A DNA stretch of 64,000 bases, taken from the NCBI GenBank assembly GCA_963666565.1, contig OY762911.1, positions 1,184,001-1,248,000 on the forward strand, written 5' to 3'. Shown here piece after piece: positions 22,779 through 31,347 of this stretch (position 1 is the stretch's first letter; the number at the start of each line of letters is the position of its first letter). The notes beneath the pieces are model-generated. The model was not told the DNA's origin. It ran no database searches and saw only the letters and a program-made list of their open reading frames with translations. This stretch comes from Thermoanaerobaculia bacterium. GTDB lineage: Bacteria > Acidobacteriota > Thermoanaerobaculia > Multivoradales > Multivoraceae. Both the position numbers and the translations under genes were made by a program.

Positions 22779-24525
22779 GGTGTCCCCTTGGTTGGAACAG
22801 TAGATCGGCGATTGGTTGCCGTCCAGCGCGGCTGGATCTCGCTCCCACGCAGACAACGACGAGAGCTGTCCCGATGGACGAGTAGTGGTGGGCCTGTGCT
22901 CGGCCAAGCGACCGCCCTCGGACATCGCCTTTGGGACGTCATCGACTCCGCCGACGGTCCTACTCGTGTGGCTGGAGGGGGCACCGGGGGTGTCGGCCAA
23001 ACAGATGCGCGGTCGCTCGGCACTCCTATCTGGAACTGCAGCCTCGGCCGAGCTCCCACCAAACGCGCCGAATCGAAGGCCCCGCCAAGCACAGGTGCTA
23101 CCGGCCACGGACAAGCTAAGTTACGCGATTCGCTCCCCGGGGTTGTACTACCGAGCCGCCGTCTCCCGGCTCCTCGTCCGAATCCGACGATTCCATCTCT
23201 AACGGCACCCGCAAGAGCTGGTCCTTCAAGAGCTTCACCGTCTCCGGCGCGACCGCTGAGGTTCGAGCGCGCGCCTGCCACTCCGCTACCGAATCGTAGA
23301 CGCAGTGCCGCAAGTAGTCCCTGACGCTTTCGGCCGGACCGAGCTGCGTGCTCCAGTACGGATGATTCGTGTTCACGACAACCGTAATCTCGTCCGCCCT
23401 GGTCGAGTCGCTGACGACGTAGGGGTCGTTAGGGGACGTGCCCTCCAAAAAGATCCTCCAAGCGATCTGAGGCGTTCCCGCAATGATCCCCTTGAGCGTC
23501 GGCGTCTGCGTAGTCACGACCGACTCGATGATCTTCTCATTGCTCGCGTCGATCGTCTCCGGAGGTGGAATGACCCGGATGTTGATCTGGTCGACCATCT
23601 CGGGCGACTTGAGCTCCCTCTCAAGGTCGTCGAGCGCGGTCCTCACGTCTACGTCGCTCGGACCACGTTCGTCATCCTTGGCCTTTCGTCGCACTCTGGC
23701 AAAGTCCCGATAGTCGCCACAGCATTCCCGTAGCTGCGCCTCAACCTCCTCTTCTTGGCCTCCTTGCCATAGGATGTCGTCCTTTGTGTGACTGACTTCG
23801 AAGCCGTCAAGGTGAATCTCGCCGACCAACCTCTGGTTCACTAAGTCATTTGACCCCTGAAGCTGGCCGTAGAGAGTCGAGGGGCGCCAAGCGTCCGGCC
23901 AGCCTCGCACTACACGATCCGCCTGCAAGATGGAGAAGCCGGCGTCCGCCCGACTGCCTCTGTCCAGGATCCCTACCCATCCCTTCACTTCCTTGCCGTC
24001 AACCTCGAAGTCGAAGCACTTGTGGTACTTCTTCCCATCGCGACTGACCAGAAGCCGGGACTCCATCGACTCCCATTGAAGGACTTGGTCCCGCCAACGT
24101 AGACTCAAAACACCGGCGCGCAAGTCGGATCGGTACATGGAGCGGAGAAAGTCGCCGATCTTTCCCAAGGTCCGTCCGTGAAAGGCCCTGTTCATCTCTA
24201 CAATTTCGACGATCGTGTAGTGCTCGCCGGCCGCCTTCTCCTTGCGCGAGTAGACTAGGGAGCCTTCCTCTTCCCTAGCTACCTTCTCGACATCGACGCT
24301 GACCGAATGCTCCACTTCGTCGCCTAGCTTCTTCGTGGTAACGGTCCACTTGTTGCCAAGCCAGCATGCCGCGGTCTTCATTCCCATCCCGTACTTTGAA
24401 CGTCCAGACGTGTTGGCAGGCGGGCGCGCGACATGGAGGGCACGCTGCAGATCCTCGAAGGACATTCCCATCGCGTTGTCTGCGACGGAACCTGTCAACG
24501 AGTTTGACACAGGGGCTTCTCGGAT

Positions 24526-25524
24526 TTACTGAGCCATCTCCGATGCTTCGGGGCTCGGCTTGTTGATCCAGACGGCCTGAGGCAGGGGTTGGTGCATCGG
24601 CTCGCCGCCGACGAATCGTTCCGGGTGGCGTCTCCAGGCGGCGCCCAGCGCTCGCTGGCGCTGTTCGATCGCGGCTTGGGCCCGGCCGTAGTGGACGGTC
24701 TCCGGAGTCAGCATGGCGATGCCGGCATGCCGGTGCTCGGTGTTGTACCAGGGGAAGAAGGACCTGCAGTAGCCGGTCGCCGCGTCCTGGTCGGGGAAGC
24801 GGTCGGGAAAGCCGGGGTGGTACTTCAGGGTCTTGAACTGGGCTTCGGAGAAGGGGTTGTCGTCGCTGACGCGAGGTCGGCCCAGGGATCGGTTCACGCC
24901 GAGGCGGGCGAGCAGTTGGGCGGTACCCTGGCTGGTCATGGGCGCGCCCCGGTCGGAGTGCAGGGTGAGCACCGAGGGTTTCACGCCGTGCTTGAGGCAG
25001 GTCTCCTCGATGAGCCTCTGGGCGAGCGCGGCATTCTCGCGGTCGGCAACCATCCAGCCGACCGCGTAGCGGCTGAAAAGGTCGAGCAGGACGTAGAGGT
25101 AGTAGTAGCTCCAGGGCCGCGGGCCGAGCAGCCTGGTGATGTCCCACGACCACACCTGGTTGGGCGCGGTGGCGACCAACTCCGGCTTGGCGTAGGGCGG
25201 GTGGACCCGCTGGTTGCGACGGTCCTTCACCTCCCCGTTCGCGCTCAGGATGCGGTACATCGTGCGTTCCGAGCACAGGTACCGGCCCTCGTCCAGCAGC
25301 GTCGCTACCACCTCCGCCGGCGAGCGATCCACGAACCGGGGAGACGCGAGCGTCGCCTGGACCCGCTCCCGCTCGATCTCGCTCAGCGCCCGGGCGGGCG
25401 CGGGTCGGGGCAGCTGGCGCCCGGGAGCGGGCCTCGCCCTACGGTAGAACGTCGATCGCGACACGCCCAGCGCCCGGCACGCCGGCGCGACGCCGACCTT
25501 GCTTGCCAGGGACCGGGCCGCCAT
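24526..25524 (-). CDS. IS3-family transposase OrfB (DDE integrase core)
   Basis: PNQVWSWDIT, LDLFSR, LHSDRG, DNPFSEAQFKTLK, WYNTEHRH. Confidence 0.95.
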   Translation of the reverse strand: MAARSLASKVGVAPACRALGVSRSTFYRRARPAPGRQLPRPAPARALSEIERERVQATLASPRFVDRSPAEVVATLLDEGRYLCSERTMYRILSANGEVKDRRNQRVHPPYAKPELVATAPNQVWSWDITRLLGPRPWSYYYLYVLLDLFSRYAVGWMVADRENAALAQRLIEETCLKHGVKPSVLTLHSDRGAPMTSQGTAQLLARLGVNRSLGRPRVSDDNPFSEAQFKTLKYHPGFPDRFPDQDAATGYCRSFFPWYNTEHRHAGIAMLTPETVHYGRAQAAIEQRQRALGAAWRRHPERFVGGEPMHQPLPQAVWINKPSPEASEMAQ

Positions 25525-25988
25525 CAGCAGTCCTTCCCGTCTTCGAGGCTGAATCCCAGCAGCCCTGCAACTTTTCCCTGCACGTCCAGGATCGTGTGGG
25601 CGGCGGCGAGCTCCCTCTCCAGCCGCTTCACCTTCGGCGCCAGAGGGTTGGCCTCGGTCGGCTTGCGGCCCCGCTTCTTCGGCCGCAGACCGGAAAGCGC
25701 GCCCTCGCGCCGCGCCTTGCGCCAGTTGGCCAGGTGCGAGCTGTACAGACCCTCTCGCCGAAGCAGCCGGCCCACTTCGCCGCGGTCCGTGCATCGGTCC
25801 GCCTCCTCCAGAATCCGAAGCCGGTACTCCGCCGTGAACTGCCGTCTGGTCGGCTTCGCCACGACCTCCGGGTCGGGAACACCCCCCGCGGGCGACGCGC
25901 CGGCCCCGGGGGCCTCGTCGCTCCGCTCCTCACCCCCCGGGGCCGGGAGCTCCGGGCCACCCCAACGTCTCTGCTCTCGTCTCGCCAT
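25524..25988 (-). CDS. IS3-family transposase OrfA (HTH)
   Basis: RRQFTAEYRLRIL...LLRREGLYSSHLANWRK; AAGGAGG RBS; TGATG overlap with orfB. Confidence 0.9.
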   Translation of the reverse strand: MARREQRRWGGPELPAPGGEERSDEAPGAGASPAGGVPDPEVVAKPTRRQFTAEYRLRILEEADRCTDRGEVGRLLRREGLYSSHLANWRKARREGALSGLRPKKRGRKPTEANPLAPKVKRLERELAAAHTILDVQGKVAGLLGFSLEDGKDC

Positions 25989-26314
25989 CGATCCTCCTTG
26001 CCAACGTGTGCCCTCCACTATTCAACGGGATGCCCGCTGTGTCACGTACGTTGGCAGAGAGGGCGACCCGAAGTAGGCCCGCGTTTCTGTCATAGACGAT
26101 ACTGACCGTGAGAGGTTCAGAGGTGTCCTCTCTCGTCTGACCGTCCAAAGCAGGTCGATTGTCGAAGTAGGACTGAGTGGAGTTGTCAACGAACTCCGCG
26201 ATCGCGTGCCATGGCGAATAGGCCAATCGCCTATAGGAGGTGATGGCTTCTGGGCCAATGATCAACTGGATTGGCATTCGTTTCCTCTCTATCGTACGGG
26301 TCGCCGACCGTGGC

Positions 26315-27100
26315 CTAGCCCTCGCGGATGAGCAGCGTCTGGTCGCCTTGCCGCACGATCTCGTATCGGCGACCGGGTAACAGGCTATGGTCCCTACGCG
26401 CGTGCAAGTAGATCTGGTGGCCTGTGTCGGTCCGCACCCACTCGGACGCACGGCCGTTGTGGTAAAGAAGCACTGTCTCTCCTAGCCCCACAGCCAGCTT
26501 CGCCGGTGCGTGGATGCGGAGGAGACGATGAATGAGCGGCTCACACTCACAGGTTGTGACGACCTCGTCGTCATCGGATGGGTACTCACCGTTGACCCTC
26601 AGGAGATAGCGGTTCAGCCTTGACCGGAACATCTGGCAGACTAGCACCCGGACCCCAAAGGGTGCAAGGGTGGCCGTCCATCCGATGACAGGAGCGTTCA
26701 CTATAACCAGGACTCGTGGCTGGTCACCCTTGAACATCTCCGATACCCTTCGGATGTCCAAGTGCCGGTTGCGCCTACAAAGGTAGTGGGCCTCGCGAGA
26801 ACCGTAGATCGCTCTCGAGAGAGTCCGGACCTGCGGAAGCACATGACGGTGTAGCGAGTGGTGAGCGAGCTCCACCTCCACAACCCACCAGCTTCCGTAG
26901 TTCTCGTGAATCAGTGCGAAGTCGGCCTTCCGCACGTCCCGATCCTCTGCCGAAACAACGGGAGTCTTGAACTCGACCCAGCGATAGTTGGCGAATAGGT
27001 TCGGAGCCTCCTGCCCGAGCACCTTCTCGAACTCACCCTCGTAGTGACCCCGACTGGCGATCTCTTCGAACCACTCGCCTTCATGAAGAATGCGCGCCAT
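26315..27100 (-). CDS. Hypothetical protein, putative PD-(D/E)XK-fold nuclease
   Basis: E.EFE helix, then ADFALI and WWVVEVEL (D...ExE arrangement); overlaps helicase stop. Confidence 0.55.
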   Translation of the reverse strand: MARILHEGEWFEEIASRGHYEGEFEKVLGQEAPNLFANYRWVEFKTPVVSAEDRDVRKADFALIHENYGSWWVVEVELAHHSLHRHVLPQVRTLSRAIYGSREAHYLCRRNRHLDIRRVSEMFKGDQPRVLVIVNAPVIGWTATLAPFGVRVLVCQMFRSRLNRYLLRVNGEYPSDDDEVVTTCECEPLIHRLLRIHAPAKLAVGLGETVLLYHNGRASEWVRTDTGHQIYLHARRDHSLLPGRRYEIVRQGDQTLLIREG

Positions 27101-28355
27101 TCCGTCCCTCACCATCGGGAAGACGTTCGGCCACCGACCAAGTGACTCCAGCTACGCCCTCCAGTTCCGCTGCTTCAGTCTCTAGGCGCGCTCTTTCGTG
27201 CTTAGTTGCAAAGAGCGTGTACACGAGCGCGTCCTTCTTTCCCCTGGCGGGCCTCAGCACTCGGCCCAGCCGCTGGATTCGCTGCCGTCGGCTTGCCGTA
27301 GAACTGGCGATCACGGCTACAACAGCCTCGGGGACGTTCATGCCTTCATCGAGCGCGCGACAAGCTACAAGGACGTCGAAAACGCCCCTCCGAAACAACC
27401 GCAGATTGTCGCGGCGGACGTTCGGTGCGATCCTCGAGTGGTAGAGAGTCACGCTGTGATTCCGGGCCTTAAGCACGCTTGCTAGCGCGTCAGCGTTACC
27501 GACGCGCTCGTGGAAGACAATTGCGCGTGCTCCCCGGTGTGCATCGACCAGCTTGGCGGCGACTGGTACACGCATCGTCGCCGTCGCGGAAACCGCCGCC
27601 CGCATTTGAAGGGCTCGTCGTAGCGCCTCGTCTACAGCAACGTCTCCATTCTCGTTGGCCCTCCTGCGCGCCAGTCGCGCCACTCGGCCCGTCAGCCGGT
27701 CGTACTCGTCCCGTTCGTGTGGGAGGAGTTGCACCTGTACGTTCACGAGGCTAAACGGGGCGACCACGCCGTCGATGTAGGCCTGTTCGTAGCCGTAATC
27801 GAAGATCAAGGGCCCCAAGGCCGGCAAGACCCGTTCTTCGAAGCCGGAGTCGTACTCCCGTTTCGGTGTGGCAGAGAGCCCAAGTGCTGCTGCGAACGTT
27901 CCCTTCAGGGCTTTGGCGTTCTCAGGGCTGCCGGCGCGATGACACTCGTCGACGACGAGAAAAGCCGGTTCGCGAGTCTGAAGGCGCTCAAGAAGCCGGC
28001 GAGCGCTGTTGATTACGAGCACATTGACCGTACGGGCGGCCTTCATTCTCTCCTGACTTGAAAAACACGCTATCTCGTCTGCGGGAACACCGAGCTCCTC
28101 TTGGAGGCTCACGCACCATTGGTCGACGAGGGTCAGCGTCGGGACCAGAACAAAGATCTGCCCAGCCGGGTACTTCTTCCGAAAGCTCTCCATACACAAG
28201 AAGGCAAATATGGTCTTACCGCCGCCGGTGACCACGCTTACGACACCGCGCATAGCCGGCCGCCACCGCTCCAAGGCCCGACGCTGCCACCGTCGAGGAG
28301 GTATCCTCAGCGACCAGTCCGGGGAGCCGAGATTACCGCTCCGAGGTTTCGCCAT
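27081..28355 (-). CDS. SF2 DEAD/DEAH-box helicase (ResIII/XPB-like)
   Basis: RRWQ, VTGGGKT, VPT, VVDECH, LSAT, LDEGMNVP, QRLGRVLR. Confidence 0.93.
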   Translation of the reverse strand: MAKPRSGNLGSPDWSLRIPPRRWQRRALERWRPAMRGVVSVVTGGGKTIFAFLCMESFRKKYPAGQIFVLVPTLTLVDQWCVSLQEELGVPADEIACFSSQERMKAARTVNVLVINSARRLLERLQTREPAFLVVDECHRAGSPENAKALKGTFAAALGLSATPKREYDSGFEERVLPALGPLIFDYGYEQAYIDGVVAPFSLVNVQVQLLPHERDEYDRLTGRVARLARRRANENGDVAVDEALRRALQMRAAVSATATMRVPVAAKLVDAHRGARAIVFHERVGNADALASVLKARNHSVTLYHSRIAPNVRRDNLRLFRRGVFDVLVACRALDEGMNVPEAVVAVIASSTASRRQRIQRLGRVLRPARGKKDALVYTLFATKHERARLETEAAELEGVAGVTWSVAERLPDGEGRNGAHSS

Positions 28356-29292
28356 CGAGTTCCTCGAACCGCCCGCGAGAGCCGGCGACATATGGTTCGT
28401 TCGGCTCGATCGCAAGCCAGCGGCGCCCCAACTGCTCGGCGACCGCTCCCGTCGTGTTACTGCCGGCGAACGGGTCTAACACGAGCATTCCCGGTTCGGT
28501 TAGGAACTTTACAAAGAAGTCCGCCAGTCCGGAGGGCATTCGCGCAGGATGAGGCCGTAGTTCGTTCGCTCTGCAGTATCTCAGATAGGCGGAGCTAGAC
28601 TTGGTGTTTGCGAACGTCAAGACGTTAGAAGGAATGGCTCCCATGTTGTCCTTGAGGAATGAGGTGGAGCCGATATGGTGTTCCGACGGACGTTCTCCTG
28701 TGTTGTAACGTCTGCGAGCAAGTAGTCGGCGCATGGAGTCGCTGTACTCTGTCAGCACTTGGCGGTTGCTTGCGTGCGGCCGGTCAGTCTTTGCCATCCA
28801 CCAGAGATGGGTGAACGCGTCCTTTACGCGAATCCTCTCGACGTTGACCCATTGGGCTGGACTCGGAAGTCGCGCTGGGTTGTGCCACACGAACTGCTGG
28901 CACAAGGTGAGTCTACCCTCAGCCAAGAAAGCGAGGAGAGCCCTTAAGGCCAAAGTGGACATCACGGGTCGGCCCGGCTCCCATGCGTTGCCGAGTTCAA
29001 GTACAATCGAGCCCCGGGGCTTTAGCATTTTCCTGAAGAGGGCCGCGAAGTTCGCCAACCAGTGGACGTACGCTTCTCCTTGTTCGTTGCCGTACCGCTT
29101 CTTCCGGTTGAGAGGGAAAGGGGGAGAAGTGAAGATGAGGTCGACGCCATGGCGAAGATCATCGGCATAGGCACCGGAAGTCAAGACATCCTCAGCTCTT
29201 CCGACAACGATGCGCCCTAGGTCGGTGCCGTAGGCCACCGGCGGGACACTGGTCACGGGATTTGCCAGAGGTTCAGGCGTGGTCGGACTCAT
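28333..29292 (-). CDS. Site-specific DNA methyltransferase, beta-class N4-cytosine (PvuII-like)
   Basis: Catalytic motif TSPPF precedes SAM motif LDPFAGSNTTG; HPARMP; LPSPAQWVNV.R.RVKD segment typical of the M.PvuII group. Confidence 0.92.
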   Translation of the reverse strand: MSPTTPEPLANPVTSVPPVAYGTDLGRIVVGRAEDVLTSGAYADDLRHGVDLIFTSPPFPLNRKKRYGNEQGEAYVHWLANFAALFRKMLKPRGSIVLELGNAWEPGRPVMSTLALRALLAFLAEGRLTLCQQFVWHNPARLPSPAQWVNVERIRVKDAFTHLWWMAKTDRPHASNRQVLTEYSDSMRRLLARRRYNTGERPSEHHIGSTSFLKDNMGAIPSNVLTFANTKSSSAYLRYCRANELRPHPARMPSGLADFFVKFLTEPGMLVLDPFAGSNTTGAVAEQLGRRWLAIEPNEPYVAGSRGRFEELDGETSER

Positions 29293-29769
29293 CGGCGATC
29301 AGGCCGCGCTGTTGTATTGGTGGGCTCGCGGTGCGACTGCTTTCGGCGACTTGGGACGGTCTGCTTCCTGTTTCGGGCGGAGTTGGACGCGAGCGGCCGC
29401 TCGGGGCCGCTGTGACCGAGGTTTGGAGACTGAGTCCGAGGCCTTCTCGGGTGCTTCTCGGCAGGTAGTCGGGGCGAGAGGCGCCTCGCCTTGAGCCCGG
29501 AGACGGTCGGTGCCGAGCGGGCTATGGCGTACAAGGGGTGACGGTAGGGGATCATTGGTCGTGGACCAAGCGGTTCGGGGGCGCTTGGGGCTTCCTGCTG
29601 GCCTCGGACGATTGTATTGGAGGGACGAGGCACGGGCCGAGGTCGTCCTTAGGGATGGCCACTACGAGTTGCACGAAGATCGCCGGATCGCGGAGGTGGA
29701 AGCATGTACAAAGCCGGGGTGAGCGGCAGCTGAGGATCGTCGGGAGCTCAAGACTGGGAAGCCGGCCGG

Positions 29770-31347
29770 TCAGGGGATGTTGACCAGTGTGTAGTACGCC
29801 TCCGGGTGAAGCAGCGGCTCGCCGGCGCCGCTACGGACTCCGTCGAGATGCAGTTCGTGGACGTAGCCCGCGCGCAGCGGCTCGACGGTCAGGCGGACGC
29901 TCATTCCGTCCTCGGCCACGCCGGCCGAGCGAACGGCGACCTCCAGCTTGTCCTCCTCGGGTCCGCCGTAGTTCTCGCTCAGCCGGTACGTGTAGCTCTC
30001 CATCCGGTAGGACGCCGTGTCGCCGGCTGCTTCCGGGTCGACCGGCGCGGTGAAGGTCAGTTCGAACCCGTCCGGCCGCGCCCGCATCTCGCGGATCTCG
30101 AACGGTGTGTCGCCGGTCCAGACGAGCCGCTGGAGACCGTGCGACTTCGGACCGATGCTGCCCCAGCCGCGCTCGGACAGGCCGGCGAAGAGCGAGCCGT
30201 CGTCCGCGAACGCCAGGCGGATCACGCCGCTGTCGAGGCCGCGCCGGAAGTTGAACGCGGCGCCCTGCCAGTGGCCGCCGACCTTCTCCAGGAACACCCG
30301 CATGACCATCGCGTGGTGCTGGTCGCCGACGAAGACCTGGCCGGCGAACGGTCCGAACCCGCCGCCGGTCGTGTCCCACCTGAGGCCGGACGGCGACTGG
30401 CCCATCTTCACGTAAGGGAACCAGACGGAAGGCATGCGGAAGTTGGGGATGAGCTCGGGCAGGTCCTTCATGAACGTCCCGCCTTCGGGCTGGCCGTCGG
30501 GCGGCGGCTCGACCAGCGACCCGGGGCGCCGGGTCGAACTCATGCCGTGCGGATGGCCGTGGAAGTCCCCGACCTCGATCAGCGAGAGCTTCGAGGCGTT
30601 GTTCCACTCGCCCTGGTTGTCGGTGTAGAAGACCTCGCCCCAGGGGCTGACCTCGATCCCGGCGGGCGAGCGCAGGCCCGCGGCGACGAACTCGGTGTCG
30701 CCGGTCGCGGGATCGACCCGCACCGCCCAGCCGCGCCAGTCCACGGGTCCGTACGGCTCGGCGCCGAACGGAATGTTGAGCGTCAGCCAGAGCTTGCCGT
30801 CCGGCGCCAGCCGCGGTCCGAAGACGTACTCGTGGTAGTCGCCGCTGGTCTCCCAGGCGTCGGACACGGTCTCGAAGACGTCGGCCCGGTCGTCGACGTC
30901 GGTGTCCCTGATCCGGGTCAGTTCGCCGCGCTGCGAGGTGTAGATCCAGCCGTCGAGTTCGAGCAGACCGAGCGGCTGTCCGAGCCCGAAGGCGTACTGC
31001 TTGAAGACGGGCGCCGGCGGATCGCCGAAGGCGTTCTCGACGATGAAGATCTCGCCGCGCCGGGTCGCCGCCATGATCCGGCCGTCCTGGAGTTGCAGCA
31101 GGCCGCCGACCTCCATCGACATGCCTTCGGGAAGCGGCATCGTCAGGACGCGGTAGTACCGCTCCTCGGCGGCGGTCTGCGAACCGAGCGCCTCCCGCTG
31201 GCTGGCGAGGAGCGCCTTCTCCATGTCTCGCCGGTCTTCCTCTTCGGGCGGTTCCTGGGCGACCGCCGGCAGCGGGAGCAGCGCCGCGAGCAGCGCGGTG
31301 GCGGCGGCCTGCCCGACGCTCGTTCGTTGGCAACGAGGGAACATCAC
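29770..31347 (-). CDS. Secreted beta-propeller protein (PVC/Bacteroidetes 'large multifunctional secreted protein' type)
   Basis: Signal peptide; GDYHEYVFG, GLRSPAG, TDNQGEW, FGPFAGQVFVGD; GTGA overlap with cytochrome gene. Confidence 0.75.
   Translation of the reverse strand: MMFPRCQRTSVGQAAATALLAALLPLPAVAQEPPEEEDRRDMEKALLASQREALGSQTAAEERYYRVLTMPLPEGMSMEVGGLLQLQDGRIMAATRRGEIFIVENAFGDPPAPVFKQYAFGLGQPLGLLELDGWIYTSQRGELTRIRDTDVDDRADVFETVSDAWETSGDYHEYVFGPRLAPDGKLWLTLNIPFGAEPYGPVDWRGWAVRVDPATGDTEFVAAGLRSPAGIEVSPWGEVFYTDNQGEWNNASKLSLIEVGDFHGHPHGMSSTRRPGSLVEPPPDGQPEGGTFMKDLPELIPNFRMPSVWFPYVKMGQSPSGLRWDTTGGGFGPFAGQVFVGDQHHAMVMRVFLEKVGGHWQGAAFNFRRGLDSGVIRLAFADDGSLFAGLSERGWGSIGPKSHGLQRLVWTGDTPFEIREMRARPDGFELTFTAPVDPEAAGDTASYRMESYTYRLSENYGGPEEDKLEVAVRSAGVAEDGMSVRLTVEPLRAGYVHELHLDGVRSGAGEPLLHPEAYYTLVNIP

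Larger units (their letters stand above)
24487..26062 (-). mobile_element. IS3-family insertion sequence, 1576 bp, 5-bp target duplication
   Basis: DR GCGAC at 24482-24486 and 26063-26067; IRs TGTCAACGAGTTTGACACAG and TGCCAACGTACGTGACACAG start 6 bp inside the ends; orfA and orfB present. Confidence 0.92.
23116..26277 (-). pseudogene. GHKL (HATPase_c/MORC-like) ATPase interrupted by IS; about 526 aa when reconstructed
   Basis: 5' part 26277-26063 (AIAEFVDNS...LLRVA) joins 3' part 24481-23116 in frame to give LRVADNAMGM...GRSKYGMGMK. Confidence 0.9.

Noticed and set aside
22885-23080. Possible third, degenerate copy of the 107-bp-core element
   Set aside because: Only short matches (gggcctgtg, caagcgac, catc.ac..cgccga) and imperfect inverted repeats; cannot be told from chance by eye.
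22780-29770. Integrative element or prophage boundaries around the defence operon
   Set aside because: No integrase, att-like direct repeats or phage genes seen.
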